Source: Candidatus Latescibacterota bacterium
Lineage (GTDB): Bacteria; Latescibacterota; UBA2968; UBA8231
Direction of reading: 5' to 3'
Assembly: GCA_965219385.1 (NCBI GenBank)
Contig: CBDCNM010000002.1
Coordinates: 964,639-1,028,638 of the forward strand
Length of the DNA stretch: 64,000 nt
Below are positions 49,555 to 60,148 of the stretch, in pieces. How positions within the stretch are numbered: position 1 is the first letter of the stretch; each line of letters begins with the position of its first letter. The position numbers and the translations under genes are program-made. Under the pieces are notes generated by a model. That model made no database searches. It was not told where the DNA came from and worked only from the letters and a program-made list of their open reading frames with translations.

Positions 49555-52500
49555 TGCTATCCGTTTTAGTTCCGAATTGAAGCTGCCTCTGTCTCTGCGC
49601 CTGAACACCACCGCGGGCGGCCACGTGGTTGCTCAGGGCTTCGAGGATGGAGCGTTCGTCGGAACCGGCGTCGGCCAGTTCGATGAGGGCCTGGAGGATC
49701 TGATTGAACAGGGCGTTGCGCTGGAGGCCGCGGGTGTCGAGGTAGTCGTCGACCTTGACCTGGTCGCCGGCGCACCAGAGGTGCATGAGCTTGTGGACCT
49801 GGTCAATGAGCGGCACGGGACGCCCGCCCGGCGCTTCGAGACCGAGGTTGCGGCCCTGCCGCCGGTTATAGGGTTTGAGCTTGACTTTGGCACCGCCGCT
49901 TGTCTCTTCCGCGCCCTCGGGGGGGGCGTCCTCTTCGGGTTGGTCGCTGGCTGCTCCTTTGCCCGCTTGGGCGATGAGGTCGTGCTGGTTGACCAGGGCT
50001 GTGTCGGAGAGGTTGCACGACAGGGCGTAGAGGATGCAGCCGCCGATCGGTGCCTCCTCCATGCCGAAGTCGTGGCGATGGAGCAGGTAGTAGGTGGTGA
50101 CGTCGTCGAGGCCGGTCGCGGCTTCTTGCCCGCCGTCCTGGATCAGCACGCGACCGACGACGAAATCGACGACCATGCGCCGTACCTCGCGCAGGAACGT
50201 CGATACGGTCATCAGTTGGTCAGGGTTGTTCGCCTTCTTGACCACCGGGTGCTTGCTGAAGGCTTCGAGGGCCGGGCCGGTCGCGGCCCACACGAAGTCC
50301 GGCCCGCGGATGCCGGCGTCCCAGAAGTCGCGGAGTTGCTGGGTGATGTTGTGGCGCATTTCGTTGAGGACGGTGTTATCCCAGCCGGCCCGGGCGGCGG
50401 CCCGCTTCTTGCAGACGATCCAGACGGAAGATGACAAGGCGGCGGCGGCAATCGCTCGGTTGCGGTTGCTCATCTCCGTCTGGATGGGCCAGGAGCCGTC
50501 AACGACGAAGCCAGCCCGAATCAAGGCGGCTACCAAGGTCTCCCAGGCATCGGGATGTTTGTTGGCGAACACGACCACGAGGCGCCCGTCCGGCCGCAAC
50601 GCAGCGTGACAAGAGCGGAACGAGCGAGCCATGCCGTCTTCGTAGTTTTGCTTAGAGAGCTCTTTGTCTCCGCCAAATCTTCCCGCATCGTCTATGAGTT
50701 CGCCATCCTCTGCGTCGTGATCCCATTTGGGGCCAAGGGCATCGGAGAAGACCGACTCGACCTCGGCAGACAATCCCGGAATCGAGCGCCTCAGCCAGAT
50801 ATAGAAAAAATCCATCAGGTCGGAATAGGGGATCGCATCATAGTAAGGAGGGTCGGTTAAGATCAGATCGACACTATCGACCGGACAGGAGATTGCCGAC
50901 CCCAAAACGCTCTCTCCACTTCGTGCTGAATCGACACTTTCTTGCAGATGTTCGCAGACCTTGAAAACCCAATCGACGGATTGTACGAATCCTCCCGTGG
51001 TATCTGAGAGCGGCGCAGACTCGGAGAAATCCCATGTAATCGGCAATGCGAACCGAGCGAACGTACTCCTGATTTTTTCGGGATTGTTGGTCCATGTCGC
51101 TAACGTACTGCCTCGGTCAGCCATGCGGCTGATGATGGGCAAGCACATGGCGACCAGTGCCTCTCTCCATTCAGGTGGATAGTCGGCGAGTTGTTCTGAC
51201 ATTTTGTTGAGTGCACGGATAAACTCCCCAAGCGCCAATAGCTGCCGATTCGTAAACAGCTTCCGCCACTTGTCGAAGCCATAGCCGTCCACCGAAAAAG
51301 CACGCGATGCCCCGATCCCTGCCTTGGGCGTCTGTTCCTCCGGCAACCCAAACGGGATGTCCGCATAGAGCACCTGAAGCTGTTCCTCCGTTACTTCCGC
51401 CACTACCCGCTCATGGTCCGTGGGCAAGCGATATTCCTTACCCTTACCCTTGCCCTTCGGCCCATCCACCACCACCGCCGTCATCACCGCGCCCAACCGC
51501 CCAGCGCGTCCTTCAAAACGGATATCCTCCATGGTCGTGATCGCGCCGCAGCAAGGGCAAGTTGCGCCGGTGCGCGACATGGTGCCCGCTCCGATGCGCT
51601 TGTCGTGCTCCCGCCGCTGCGCTGCGTTGCCGCCGTTGTGCGGCACGCCGCTCTGCACGCCGAAGACAACGCCGGTCTGATCGGCCTTCGGCGCCATCGT
51701 CAGCAGCACGCGCTTGCGATCCTTCTTGCACAACCAGCGCGTCTTGAGCAGCGGCAGGGTGGCGCGGCACTGTTTGCAGGTCACGGTCCGCGCCCAGAGA
51801 TAGGCCACCGTCGGCTTGGCGATCCAGCGCGGGTTGCGCGGGTCCTTGAGATAGGCGTCGTCGAACCCGGCGTTGAGCGGATCGAGTTGCGGAATTCCCG
51901 CATCATCAACCTCTAAGAGTTGCACGGGACGCGGCTCATACTCCTCGTCTGGCTTCAGCGGCTCGAACTCGGCATAAGTCGGATAGTATGCAGCCAGCTC
52001 CGTGCGCGCCTTGGCCAACACCCACCGGCCCCAGGCACGCACGTGCCAGGCAAGGTCCGCTTCGAGCGTAGAATCGTCGCGCGCGAGGGCATTGAGCTGG
52101 ATTTCGCCGCCATCGCCGTGGCCGAGCCGCTCCAGGAACGTCCGCAAGCCGGCACCCTTAAACCCCTTCGTCTTCAGGAACGCCTCCATGAACTCGCCGT
52201 CCTCCAGCGCGAACTCGGGCAGCGGGCGGGTCTGACCGGCGAGCTTCTGCGGATATTCGAGGGTACACTTGAGGATGAACCAGGCCACCGGGTTGATGTC
52301 CATGGCGGTCACGTCGCAGCCCAGGCGCATGGCTTCGAGCGGAATGGCGCCGCCCCCGGCGAACGGGTCCAGCACCTTGGGCGCCCGCCCGCCGTACGCC
52401 TTGCGAATCTCTGCGCGGAACCACGCAAGATCGGGGTCATTCTCGCGCCCCCAGTGGAGGATGCCTCCGACGGTCTCCTCCTTCACTTTCTCGACCACGC

Positions 52501-52759
52501 GTCCACCCACCCGCTTGCGCTCAATCTTCTCGACGACGCGACCCGCCATGCGCTCCAGAATCTCCTGCCGTTGCTTGGGATTTCCGGGATCGGCAAGCAA
52601 CGTCGCAATCAGGGCCGCCCGCGACGCGGCTAGCGGTCGCCGCGCCGGCCAGATGTGCAGCGTGGAGATGTGCCCGTGCCGCACGTTCTTCTCGTGGACC
52701 GAGTCGAGGGAGACCTGCTTCAGGGGGAAGGCGACTTCGATTAGGCGTTTGTCAGACAC
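49547..52759 (-). CDS. DUF1156 adenine-specific DNA methyltransferase
   Basis: RLIEVAFP, HIWPARRPLAASRA, DPFAGGGAIPLEA, CxxC pairs, TDPPYYD. Confidence 0.92.
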   Translation of the reverse strand: MSDKRLIEVAFPLKQVSLDSVHEKNVRHGHISTLHIWPARRPLAASRAALIATLLADPGNPKQRQEILERMAGRVVEKIERKRVGGRVVEKVKEETVGGILHWGRENDPDLAWFRAEIRKAYGGRAPKVLDPFAGGGAIPLEAMRLGCDVTAMDINPVAWFILKCTLEYPQKLAGQTRPLPEFALEDGEFMEAFLKTKGFKGAGLRTFLERLGHGDGGEIQLNALARDDSTLEADLAWHVRAWGRWVLAKARTELAAYYPTYAEFEPLKPDEEYEPRPVQLLEVDDAGIPQLDPLNAGFDDAYLKDPRNPRWIAKPTVAYLWARTVTCKQCRATLPLLKTRWLCKKDRKRVLLTMAPKADQTGVVFGVQSGVPHNGGNAAQRREHDKRIGAGTMSRTGATCPCCGAITTMEDIRFEGRAGRLGAVMTAVVVDGPKGKGKGKEYRLPTDHERVVAEVTEEQLQVLYADIPFGLPEEQTPKAGIGASRAFSVDGYGFDKWRKLFTNRQLLALGEFIRALNKMSEQLADYPPEWREALVAMCLPIISRMADRGSTLATWTNNPEKIRSTFARFALPITWDFSESAPLSDTTGGFVQSVDWVFKVCEHLQESVDSARSGESVLGSAISCPVDSVDLILTDPPYYDAIPYSDLMDFFYIWLRRSIPGLSAEVESVFSDALGPKWDHDAEDGELIDDAGRFGGDKELSKQNYEDGMARSFRSCHAALRPDGRLVVVFANKHPDAWETLVAALIRAGFVVDGSWPIQTEMSNRNRAIAAAALSSSVWIVCKKRAAARAGWDNTVLNEMRHNITQQLRDFWDAGIRGPDFVWAATGPALEAFSKHPVVKKANNPDQLMTVSTFLREVRRMVVDFVVGRVLIQDGGQEAATGLDDVTTYYLLHRHDFGMEEAPIGGCILYALSCNLSDTALVNQHDLIAQAGKGAASDQPEEDAPPEGAEETSGGAKVKLKPYNRRQGRNLGLEAPGGRPVPLIDQVHKLMHLWCAGDQVKVDDYLDTRGLQRNALFNQILQALIELADAGSDERSILEALSNHVAARGGVQAQRQRQLQFGTKTDSNG

Positions 52760-53351
52760 AGGCGAAATCTCCACAAGATAGCTGTGCCCCAGATATCGGT
52801 TGAGGACAGGTTGGCCCGAGTTCGTTGATAAAACGTGTCGTTATAGTTTGGGCATGATTTCGTCTGCGGTGAACTCTAACACGCATCTTATGGGCGATAT
52901 CCAGAGGCAAGCCGGTGACGCTCGAAAGGACCAGAATCTTTCGAGCGCGTGTTATAGATACGTAGAAGAGTCGGCGTTGCTCTTCGATAGCAACTCCTGA
53001 CAAATCTCCACCGTTTGGGATTAAACCCTCGACACAACCCATCACGATGACCATATCTGCCGTAAGGCCCTTTGACTTATGGAGACTCATGATCCTCACG
53101 TAGTCCACATCGGTAGGAAGCTCGGGTTGAGTGACTTTGGTCCGGAGAACCTCAAGCAGTTTTTCTGCATCCGCATCCAGATCAATATCTTGAGCCATGG
53201 CACGAATTATGCCGAATTTGTCATTATCTACAGGGAAGAGGGCGTCAAGAAGTTCTTGGCCTCGGAGTGGAGCCAACTCTTGGAGTTTGATCTCCAAATC
53301 TTTAAGCCGGCCAATTATCTTTTTTGTACCAGATACGTTGAACTGCCCGGC
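52752..53351 (-). pseudogene. 3' remnant of a UvrD/PcrA-like helicase truncated by an IS
   Basis: IMSLHKSKGL, EEQRRLFYVSITRAR; the frame is open up to the IS end at 53352. Confidence 0.85.
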
Positions 53352-55471
53352 CTAAGTACACGACAGTGATCTAAGTTGCAGTGCAGCCCTGATTTAGGTT
53401 TATTTGTTCGACCAAGATTGCAACGAAACCCTAAATACAGGAGCTGCACCATGCTTATACATACGATAAAAAAAGCCCTTACGCAAGAGAAGGTACCCCT
53501 CACGCACCACCGTATCGATCTGATCAGCCGCTTGGTGTGTGCGCTCCTCCAAGTTCGTTCCGTCAATATGAAAAAACTAGCGTGTAGCCTGTCGGGCCTG
53601 GCCCAAGTCGATAGTCAATATCGTCGCCTACAGCGTTTTTTCAGCAGTAAGGTATCCCCCGCGGTGTTTACCCCGTTGATCGTATCTAAGCTAGTTCGCC
53701 CCGGCCAACAACAGGTGTTGGTCCTGGATCGTACGCATTGGAAGCGGGGTCGAACCGATCTGAACCTATTGTGTTTAGGACTAGGCTGTGTACGATAAAA
53801 GGTTTTTGAGCCAAATACGGATGAAAGCGAGTATGATCATCGCCTGATACCTGTCGGCGTGTTTTTCATATCGGGTGGCAATGCGTCGGTTTTCTTTGAG
53901 CCGTCCGATGAGTCGTTCCACCACATTGCGCTGCCGATATAAGTCCTTGTCGAATCCGATGGCCTCAGGGGGATACTCCCCCTGCCGATTTTTTCGATGG
54001 GCGATCACGGGCTTGGTTCGCCGTTGGCGCAGTTTCTCGCGGATGGATTGACTATCATAGGCTTTATCACCGGCCAGGGCTTCAAACCGGGTGCGCTTGG
54101 GACCGGGTTTGCCTCCAATGGCCACTGAATCGAGCAAGGCGTCTACCTGGGTGGATTCATGCTGCTGACCCGGGGTTATGGTAACCGTGATGGGCTTGCC
54201 CGCCCCTTCACAAAGGACATGAATTTTGGTGGTATAGCCGCCACGGCTTTGCCCAAGCCCCTGTTTTTGAAGGCTTTCTTCACGGCTTATGGAAACACCA
54301 TTTATGTTTTTTTTGCCCCGGCGGCTGCTTTATGCGCCCGAACGATGCTCCCATCGAGGGCGGCGAACGTAAAATCGATCTGATCCATATGGCGCGCTTG
54401 GGCTTCTAACGCATCCAGGATCTGTTGCCATAAGCCTTTTTGTTCCCAACGACGAAACCGGTCGGCCCCCGTGCTCCAAGGGCCGTACCGGGGGGGCAAA
54501 TCGCGCCAAGGCGCGCCGGTGCGTAAAATCCAGAAAATGCCGTTGAGCACTTGGCGATGACTCCGATAAGGGCAGCCCGGTTTGCCCGACCGTTCGGCAG
54601 GTAACAACGGCTTTAGCAGGGCAAATTCTTCATCGGTTAAGTCGTAGCGGGCCATCGGTATCCCCTCCTTCGATTCAATGGTTGAAAGAGAGTATACCAC
54701 GTCCCAATACTATTTCAAGCAATTATCGTACACAGCCTAGTCTACCAAGGCGGGTCTATTCCGTTGGCCTGTCCGTCGTTGCAAAAGCCGGGCAACTCCA
54801 ACACCGAGGAACGAAAACACCTCCTGACTCAGGCGCTGGCCTACCTCGATCCCGGCTCGTGCGGTCTAGTCGCCGATCGCGAATTCATCGGTCGAGACGG
54901 GTTTACCTTTCTGCTGGAGCAACCCATCGACTTTGTGATTCGCCTGCGGGGCAACCCCTGGATCAGGCTCGACGAGGACCGCTTACGTTATTGGGCCGCC
55001 TTCACCCAGCGCCTGCGACGAGGCACCACCCGGTTCTATCCTGAGACGGTCCTCTATGACGGGTTGACCCTCCATCTGGTCTGTCAGCGCCCCGCTAGGG
55101 GCGAGGTAGTCCTGCTGATCACCAACCGCACCGACCTGAAGCAGGTGCTCGCTCTGTATGGCCAGCGCTGGTCCATTGAAACGGCGTTTGGCTTTTTGAA
55201 GTCCAAAGGGTTTAATGTGGAAGACACCCATCGGACCCACCCTCCACGCTTGCACCTGCTGAGGGGCCTGCTCGCCTGGACCCTCCTGTGGGCGCTACGG
55301 GTGGGTGAGCAACTCCATCAGAGCAAACCCATCAAACGCAAAAAACATGGACGCCGAGCCATCAGTCTCTTTCGACTAGGCCTAGACCCACTCACACCGA
55401 TCACACACCAGGCCCGAGACCCACTTAAACAGGCCCAACGCTATGGACCTCTTTTACTGTCGTGTACTTAG
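53352..55471 (+). mobile_element. IS4-family element interrupted by an IS5
   Basis: 16-bp perfect TIR CTAAGTACACGACAGT; transposase halves LDRTHWK...LCLG and VADREFIG...YGQRWSIETAF...LSCT. Confidence 0.9.
53784..54737 (-). mobile_element. IS5-family (IS427-like) element, two ORFs joined by a -1 frameshift
   Basis: TIR GGCTGTGTACGATAA inside a duplicated (C)TA(G). orfA 54302-54655 has WRDLPPRYGPWST and DGS; A8C slippery run at 54306-54314; orfB has GDKAYDS, RNVVER, RIATRYEK. Confidence 0.92.
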
Positions 55472-55630
55472 CTCGACTTTATCCATTTATGTAGCGTACG
55501 AGACGGTGTGTATCAAGCGGTTGAGTAGGCTTCGGGGTATTTTTATCAGGTCGTGTTGGTTCAGCGAGGTGGAAAAAGTCTGCCAGAGCCGTTGCCGGAC
55601 CCAGGCCAAGGCATCGGAAAAAGTGGGTTT
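55472..55630 (-). pseudogene. 3' remnant of an IS701-like transposase with element end
   Basis: PTFSDALAWVRQRLWQTFSTS...KIPRSLLNRL...YAT* followed by ATGGATAAAGTCGAG. Confidence 0.55.
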
Positions 55631-55919
55631 TAACGTGAGTTCGGGTTAAGCGGCCTCCTGCCATTTTCGTTTGGAAAAAGTCGAGCCCCTTCAGGTTTCG
55701 AGCAAGCTCCGCCCCCTCGACGAAAGGCACCCCAGAGTACGCCCACCCAATATCCGACCGATTGGACCGACGCGCAAGGGCAACGCCTCCAACCACTGGG
55801 GCCTTTGAGCCTAAGGCAGCCCGGGGGTCCGGGGCGGCCTCCTTGGAACCGACGCCCCGTCCTTAAGGGGATGTCTATGACCCAGACCGGGGGCCCGTGG
55901 CCTAGGCGGCCTCCGACGG

Positions 55920-56255
55920 TTGGATACGGCGACGCAGAGAGGATAGTGGTGACGGTCACGGACGTGGCCAATGAGCCGCCGCAGCTCGTGGGGGCCAGCG
56001 ATACCACCTTTGTCGAGAACGGTACGGGGATGGTGGGCACGTACACAGCCACGGGGGGCCACGATGGCGTATACGGTGCCGAATCTGACCAACGGGGTGG
56101 GCTACCAGTTCCAGGTGCGGGCGCTCAACGTGCTAGGGGCGGGGGTGATCGCGGCCTCGTTCACCGTGGCGGCCACGCCGGTGGGGGAGCCCCCTTCGCC
56201 GCCGCCGAGCCTGAGGGCTCAGGCGGGCTTGATTCCCCTAACCTATAGTTTGTAA
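55920..56255 (+). pseudogene. Fragments of a cadherin-like/fibronectin type III surface protein
   Basis: VTVTDVANEPP...FVENGTGMVGTYTAT, then in another frame YTVPNLTNGVGYQFQVRALN. Confidence 0.65.
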
Positions 56256-56338
56256 GTTGTTGGTACTCAGAAAGCTACCCTTCGGCAGGTGAAGCTTGGC
56301 TTCGTAGAAAATGACAGCATCGAATGGGAGATAGAGGC

Positions 56339-56782
56339 ATGAGCACCGTATTTCGTTTCCTGCTCACGGCGATTCCGCTCGTCTTCATGGTCCACCCTTC
56401 ACACGCGGATACGGCCAGAGACCCAGCCGAGGCGCTAGGGGCCGGGGTGGTCTTGGAAGCCGGCCAGATCGACAGCAGCCGGGTGGCCGTGGGCACCTTT
56501 GCCGTGGTGATCTATGGGCAGGGGGAGCAGCATCCGGTTTCGGGGGAGTGGGAAAGTCTGGAGACGGTCAGAGGCTACATTCAAGCCGTTGATGCGGAGA
56601 CGTTGACCCTTGCCTTGGGACGAGATGGGTTGCCGGAGCGGATCGCCGTGGATCGCATTCAAACGCTGCTCCTGGTAGATTGGCCGCGCCGTGTGCAGGC
56701 TCACAGAGAGGCCTTCTTCGAGATCGGCGGATCGGGACAGTATGCGTTGTCGGCTGAATCATCTATTGAGGTGGTGGGCTGA
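56339..56782 (+). CDS. Exported hypothetical protein, probably 3'-truncated
   Basis: Signal peptide (FLLTAIPLVFMVHPSHA); runs into the IS630 fragment. Confidence 0.45.
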   Translation: MSTVFRFLLTAIPLVFMVHPSHADTARDPAEALGAGVVLEAGQIDSSRVAVGTFAVVIYGQGEQHPVSGEWESLETVRGYIQAVDAETLTLALGRDGLPERIAVDRIQTLLLVDWPRRVQAHREAFFEIGGSGQYALSAESSIEVVG

Positions 56783-57180
56783 TTGGCCCATCCACGTCCT
56801 TTCACCCAGCGCCATAAATGATCCATGGCATTCAGCTCGGGGGTAGCCCGTGGCAACAGACGTACTTCAATATTCAGTTCAGCTGCCAAGATCAGGCTTT
56901 CTTCCGCTTTATGAGGCGAGCCTCGATCTTCAAGTAGCACAATATGCCAACCGCGCCACTGCGCTCGGATGAGGCGCAGAAAAATCTGGTGTGTGCATTG
57001 CGTCCACTCATGGGAGATCAGCAGGGCGACATCGCCGCTTTTGATATTGATCGCACCGTGGAGAATCCGTTGGGCCCGATGGCCCGTGATGGGCACATTC
57101 ACCGGTTGGCCATTGCGCCCATAGGTAGTATATAACAGAAGTAAGCCATAATAAAGGGGAGCTGGTTGTTGACGGCAACC
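56701..57180 (-). mobile_element. IS630-family transposase fragment
   Basis: LHGAINI, LLEDRGSPH, LPRATPELNAMDHLW; N-terminus and ends not found. Confidence 0.7.
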
Positions 57181-57568
57181 ACTCCTCAGGTCCTCTAACG
57201 AAAGGGTTGAATCATGTTGCAATTCAAGCATAGCCCAAGGCGGACGCAAAAGCAAGCTGCTTTTTTGCGCAAACTCGTCTTGTCTTCGACGTTCACCGAC
57301 CAAGAAGCAGCCGCCACGGCCCGCTTTTTGGAAACCTGCACCGTGGACAGGCCAGCCGCGCCATAGATAAGGCGTTGGCCCAGATTCGCGAACGCGATAC
57401 CCGCAAAGCGGATTCGCAAGCCCGCCGCCAGACCTACCGGAACGGGAACCACCGCCAGCCTTACCAGCCTAATCCCGAAGTAGCCCGCCAAGCACGCCAG
57501 GTCTGGGGCTAACACCACTACCAAGGGCCGGGGTTCAGATCCCGGCCCACTTCCTCAAGGGGGAACCT

Positions 57569-58528
57569 ATGGAAAAGTCAATCGAAGTAATCAACGGCCC
57601 CGGCACCGGGATAGCCGAGGTCAGCACCGAAACCCGGAAACTCGTAGAAGCCTCTGCCAGCACCGCCACGCGCCGGGTCTACACGCTGGCCTTGCGCCAG
57701 TTCGAGACGTGGTTATGGGAAACGCAGGAAGACCACCAGCCCACTGATAGGGCTTTAGCGGATTACATTGCTGAACGCCACGCCTTGGGTCTGGCGCCAG
57801 CGTCCGCCGCCCAGGTAGTGCAGGCGGTCAGGTTCAACGCCAAGCTCCAGGGCCGTCCGTTGATCGACGGCCCCTTGACGGCCCGCACCTTGGCCGGGAT
57901 TCGACGTGAAGGGCGTAGCCGTGGCCGCGGTCAAGTGCAGGGCGTCCAGTATCTCGACGTAACGAAAATCGAAGTCGTTTGTTCGGTAGAAGATACGCTG
58001 TCCGCCGCTCGTGACCTCGCTATCATTCGCGTTATGAGTGACGCCATGTTACGCATTGGGGAGCTTGTCGCTATCGACGTGGAGCACGTGCAGGTGGAAC
58101 AAGACGGGTCTGGACGCCTAACCGTTCCGGTCTCGAAGACAGACCAAGAGGGCCAGGGCGCCGTGTTGTTCCTGGGCCGGCCCACCATGGCCGCTCTTAA
58201 GACCTACCAGCGCCGGGCCGGGATTGTCGACGGCCCGTTGTTCCGGGGCATGAGGAAAGGGGATACAATGCGCCAAGAGCGTATTAGCGTTCGGGGCGTC
58301 AGGGATCTAATTAAGGCGCGCACCAAGGCTGCCGGGATTGACGGCTTAGTGTCGGGGCATTCGTTCCGTATCGGCACCGCCCAGGATCTGGTTCGAGAAG
58401 GGGCGTCTATGGTGGAGCTACAGCAAGCCGGCAGGTGGACCAGCCCCGATATGCCAGCCCGGTATACTCGAAACCAAGCAGCCGGTCAGGGTGCCGTAGC
58501 CCGGCACCGCTACCAACAGTTCCAGTAA
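57569..58528 (+). CDS. Cre-like tyrosine recombinase
   Basis: RDLAII...MLRIGEL, SKTDQEGQG, SGHSFRIG, AGRWTSPDMPARY: complete R-K-H-R-W-Y catalytic set. Confidence 0.92.
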   Translation: MEKSIEVINGPGTGIAEVSTETRKLVEASASTATRRVYTLALRQFETWLWETQEDHQPTDRALADYIAERHALGLAPASAAQVVQAVRFNAKLQGRPLIDGPLTARTLAGIRREGRSRGRGQVQGVQYLDVTKIEVVCSVEDTLSAARDLAIIRVMSDAMLRIGELVAIDVEHVQVEQDGSGRLTVPVSKTDQEGQGAVLFLGRPTMAALKTYQRRAGIVDGPLFRGMRKGDTMRQERISVRGVRDLIKARTKAAGIDGLVSGHSFRIGTAQDLVREGASMVELQQAGRWTSPDMPARYTRNQAAGQGAVARHRYQQFQ

Positions 58529-59167
58529 GGGCCGCATTCGGCCCCTTGCAGGGCAATCGGGACAATGAGGCAATTGAGGCAATTTGAGCCGGAACCAAAG
58601 GGCCGGGATCTTGGCCCCGGTCCTCGCTATATTTAGCTTGGCGTGCCATGCCCAAGGAGCTATTTGCAAAATTTGCAGAAAAAAAGCCCCTTCTCCCCTA
58701 CTGGGGAGCGGATTGAAACTTGGGCGTCAATTCTTTAAGCATTCTGGGCGCTTCTCCGCTGCCGCTCCAGGGCCGTTTGAAGGCGCCAGGGGGGGAGTTT
58801 ACTTCCTGCTTTGGTCTATCTCGAGAAGTCCTTGGTTACGGATTCCAGCCCCGGAATGTTACGGAAATCCACCGGGTCCGCGGCAGGCCTCAGGGGATCC
58901 GCTCAAAGGCCTTCCGGGTCCGCTCCCTGTATACCCGATTGATCAGGGTCAAGCCCCGTCATTGAGGTCAACTCATGCTCTGTCAGACTCCCGACAAACC
59001 GAGTTGCCGGATTAGGGACAAGCTCACTATTGGAGCGTTTAACCCGGCCCTTCTTGTTGCGCAATGGCCACCCATCAGGTCCCACCAAGGGCTTTAAAGA
59101 GAGAAGCCCACCGGGCTTTGCTATCCGCCCTTGGCCTTTCCACGAGTCAACTTTTCTAATGCTGGCC

Positions 59168-59434
59168 TTACTCCACGTTGGCATGTTGCCGGGCTCTCTG
59201 CTCTTGTTTCCTCTTAGTCGCTATCATGGTATCCAAGTAGTTATCGATCAATTCGCGAACAACTGTTGTCCACGGCACCCCGAGTCTGTCCGCCAATTTG
59301 TCCACCTTGTCCGCCGCCTTTCTCGATAGGGAGATAGTGCGCCGGTCGGGATAGTCGATAGGTCGACGGTATCTGGCCTTTTTGCTCCCCGGTTTGGGTC
59401 CCGGTCGCTGCTTCTGTCTGCTTTCTTGTCCCAT
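59168..59434 (-). CDS. Ribbon-helix-helix (CopG-like) DNA-binding protein
   Basis: RRTISLSRKAADKVDKLADRLGVPWTTVVRELIDNYL. Confidence 0.65.
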   Translation of the reverse strand: MGQESRQKQRPGPKPGSKKARYRRPIDYPDRRTISLSRKAADKVDKLADRLGVPWTTVVRELIDNYLDTMIATKRKQEQRARQHANVE

Positions 59435-59572
59435 GATTCACGGCTCCGGTTGGAAATGTGTAAGGGTGTTGTTCCTCCTCAGGTTAAGATAGCCAAACAG
59501 GGCTGGGAAAGTCAAACCAGGAAAATTTAATAAAAATTAAAAAAGTCCCCATTTACCCCTTGCGGACTTCTC

Positions 59573-59602
59573 ATTAATTGCCTATAATTAATTGCCTATA
59601 AT
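59573..59602 (+). repeat. 14-bp tandem repeat ATTAATTGCCTATA x2
   Basis: Exact duplication in an AT-rich intergenic region; each unit plus the following bases gives TATAAT. Confidence 0.8.
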
Positions 59603-59628
59603 AGTATCATATCGACGCAGGTTTTGGA

Positions 59629-59853
59629 ATGGCTGATCCCATCATAGGATACGATAAGGGAGCTAAATTTGCTTTTGGGGTAGCTCTCGGAGCCGATTAT
59701 CGCTTCAAAAATAAATGGTCCGCCTTTATCGAGAGTAGGGGAGTTTCCTGGTCTCAAGATAATAGAGCTGACACCATTATCTTTAGCTTAGAGGGGGAAC
59801 TAGTTACCATAAGTTCCAGCGAATTCACCATCGGTGCGGGTTATGCCTTTTAG
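59629..59853 (+). pseudogene. C-terminal fragment of an outer-membrane beta-barrel protein
   Basis: GVALGADYRF...EFTIGAGYAF with terminal Phe; no signal peptide. Confidence 0.55.
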
Positions 59854-60148
59854 GAAAGAGGAAAGCGCGAAAGTAGACAGGAAAGACCTGGATTTCGTAC
59901 TACGGTACATAAAAAGGAACCTGCATACCGGTCAATCCCTAAAGAAATTGAGGATAGAGGCGATAAAAGCACGGGCTAAAGAAAGGAATATCCGCCAAAA
60001 TACACTATATGACAGCCTCAAGCGCGCCTTAAAAAATAATCGTAAATGCAGTGTGGAAGAGGTTGACGGGAAAATCGCTAAGATAATTGGGATTCGTCAA
60101 TCTGCACAACCAAAAAGAGATAGACTTCCAAGAGATTTTATATTATAG
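59834..60148 (+). CDS. Basic hypothetical protein
   Basis: 104-aa ORF followed by the hairpin CTGCTA-TAAC-TAGCAG. Confidence 0.35.
   Translation: MRVMPFRKEESAKVDRKDLDFVLRYIKRNLHTGQSLKKLRIEAIKARAKERNIRQNTLYDSLKRALKNNRKCSVEEVDGKIAKIIGIRQSAQPKRDRLPRDFIL

Noticed and set aside
54195..54210. Second frameshift in IS5 orfB
   Set aside because: Re-reading gives GAA GGG GCG GGC AAG in frame; the ORF track simply starts at a later TTG.
55631..55860. Another IS end (TAACGTGAGTTCGG) with a transposase tail
   Set aside because: No partner repeat or convincing translation was found, so it is too weak to call.
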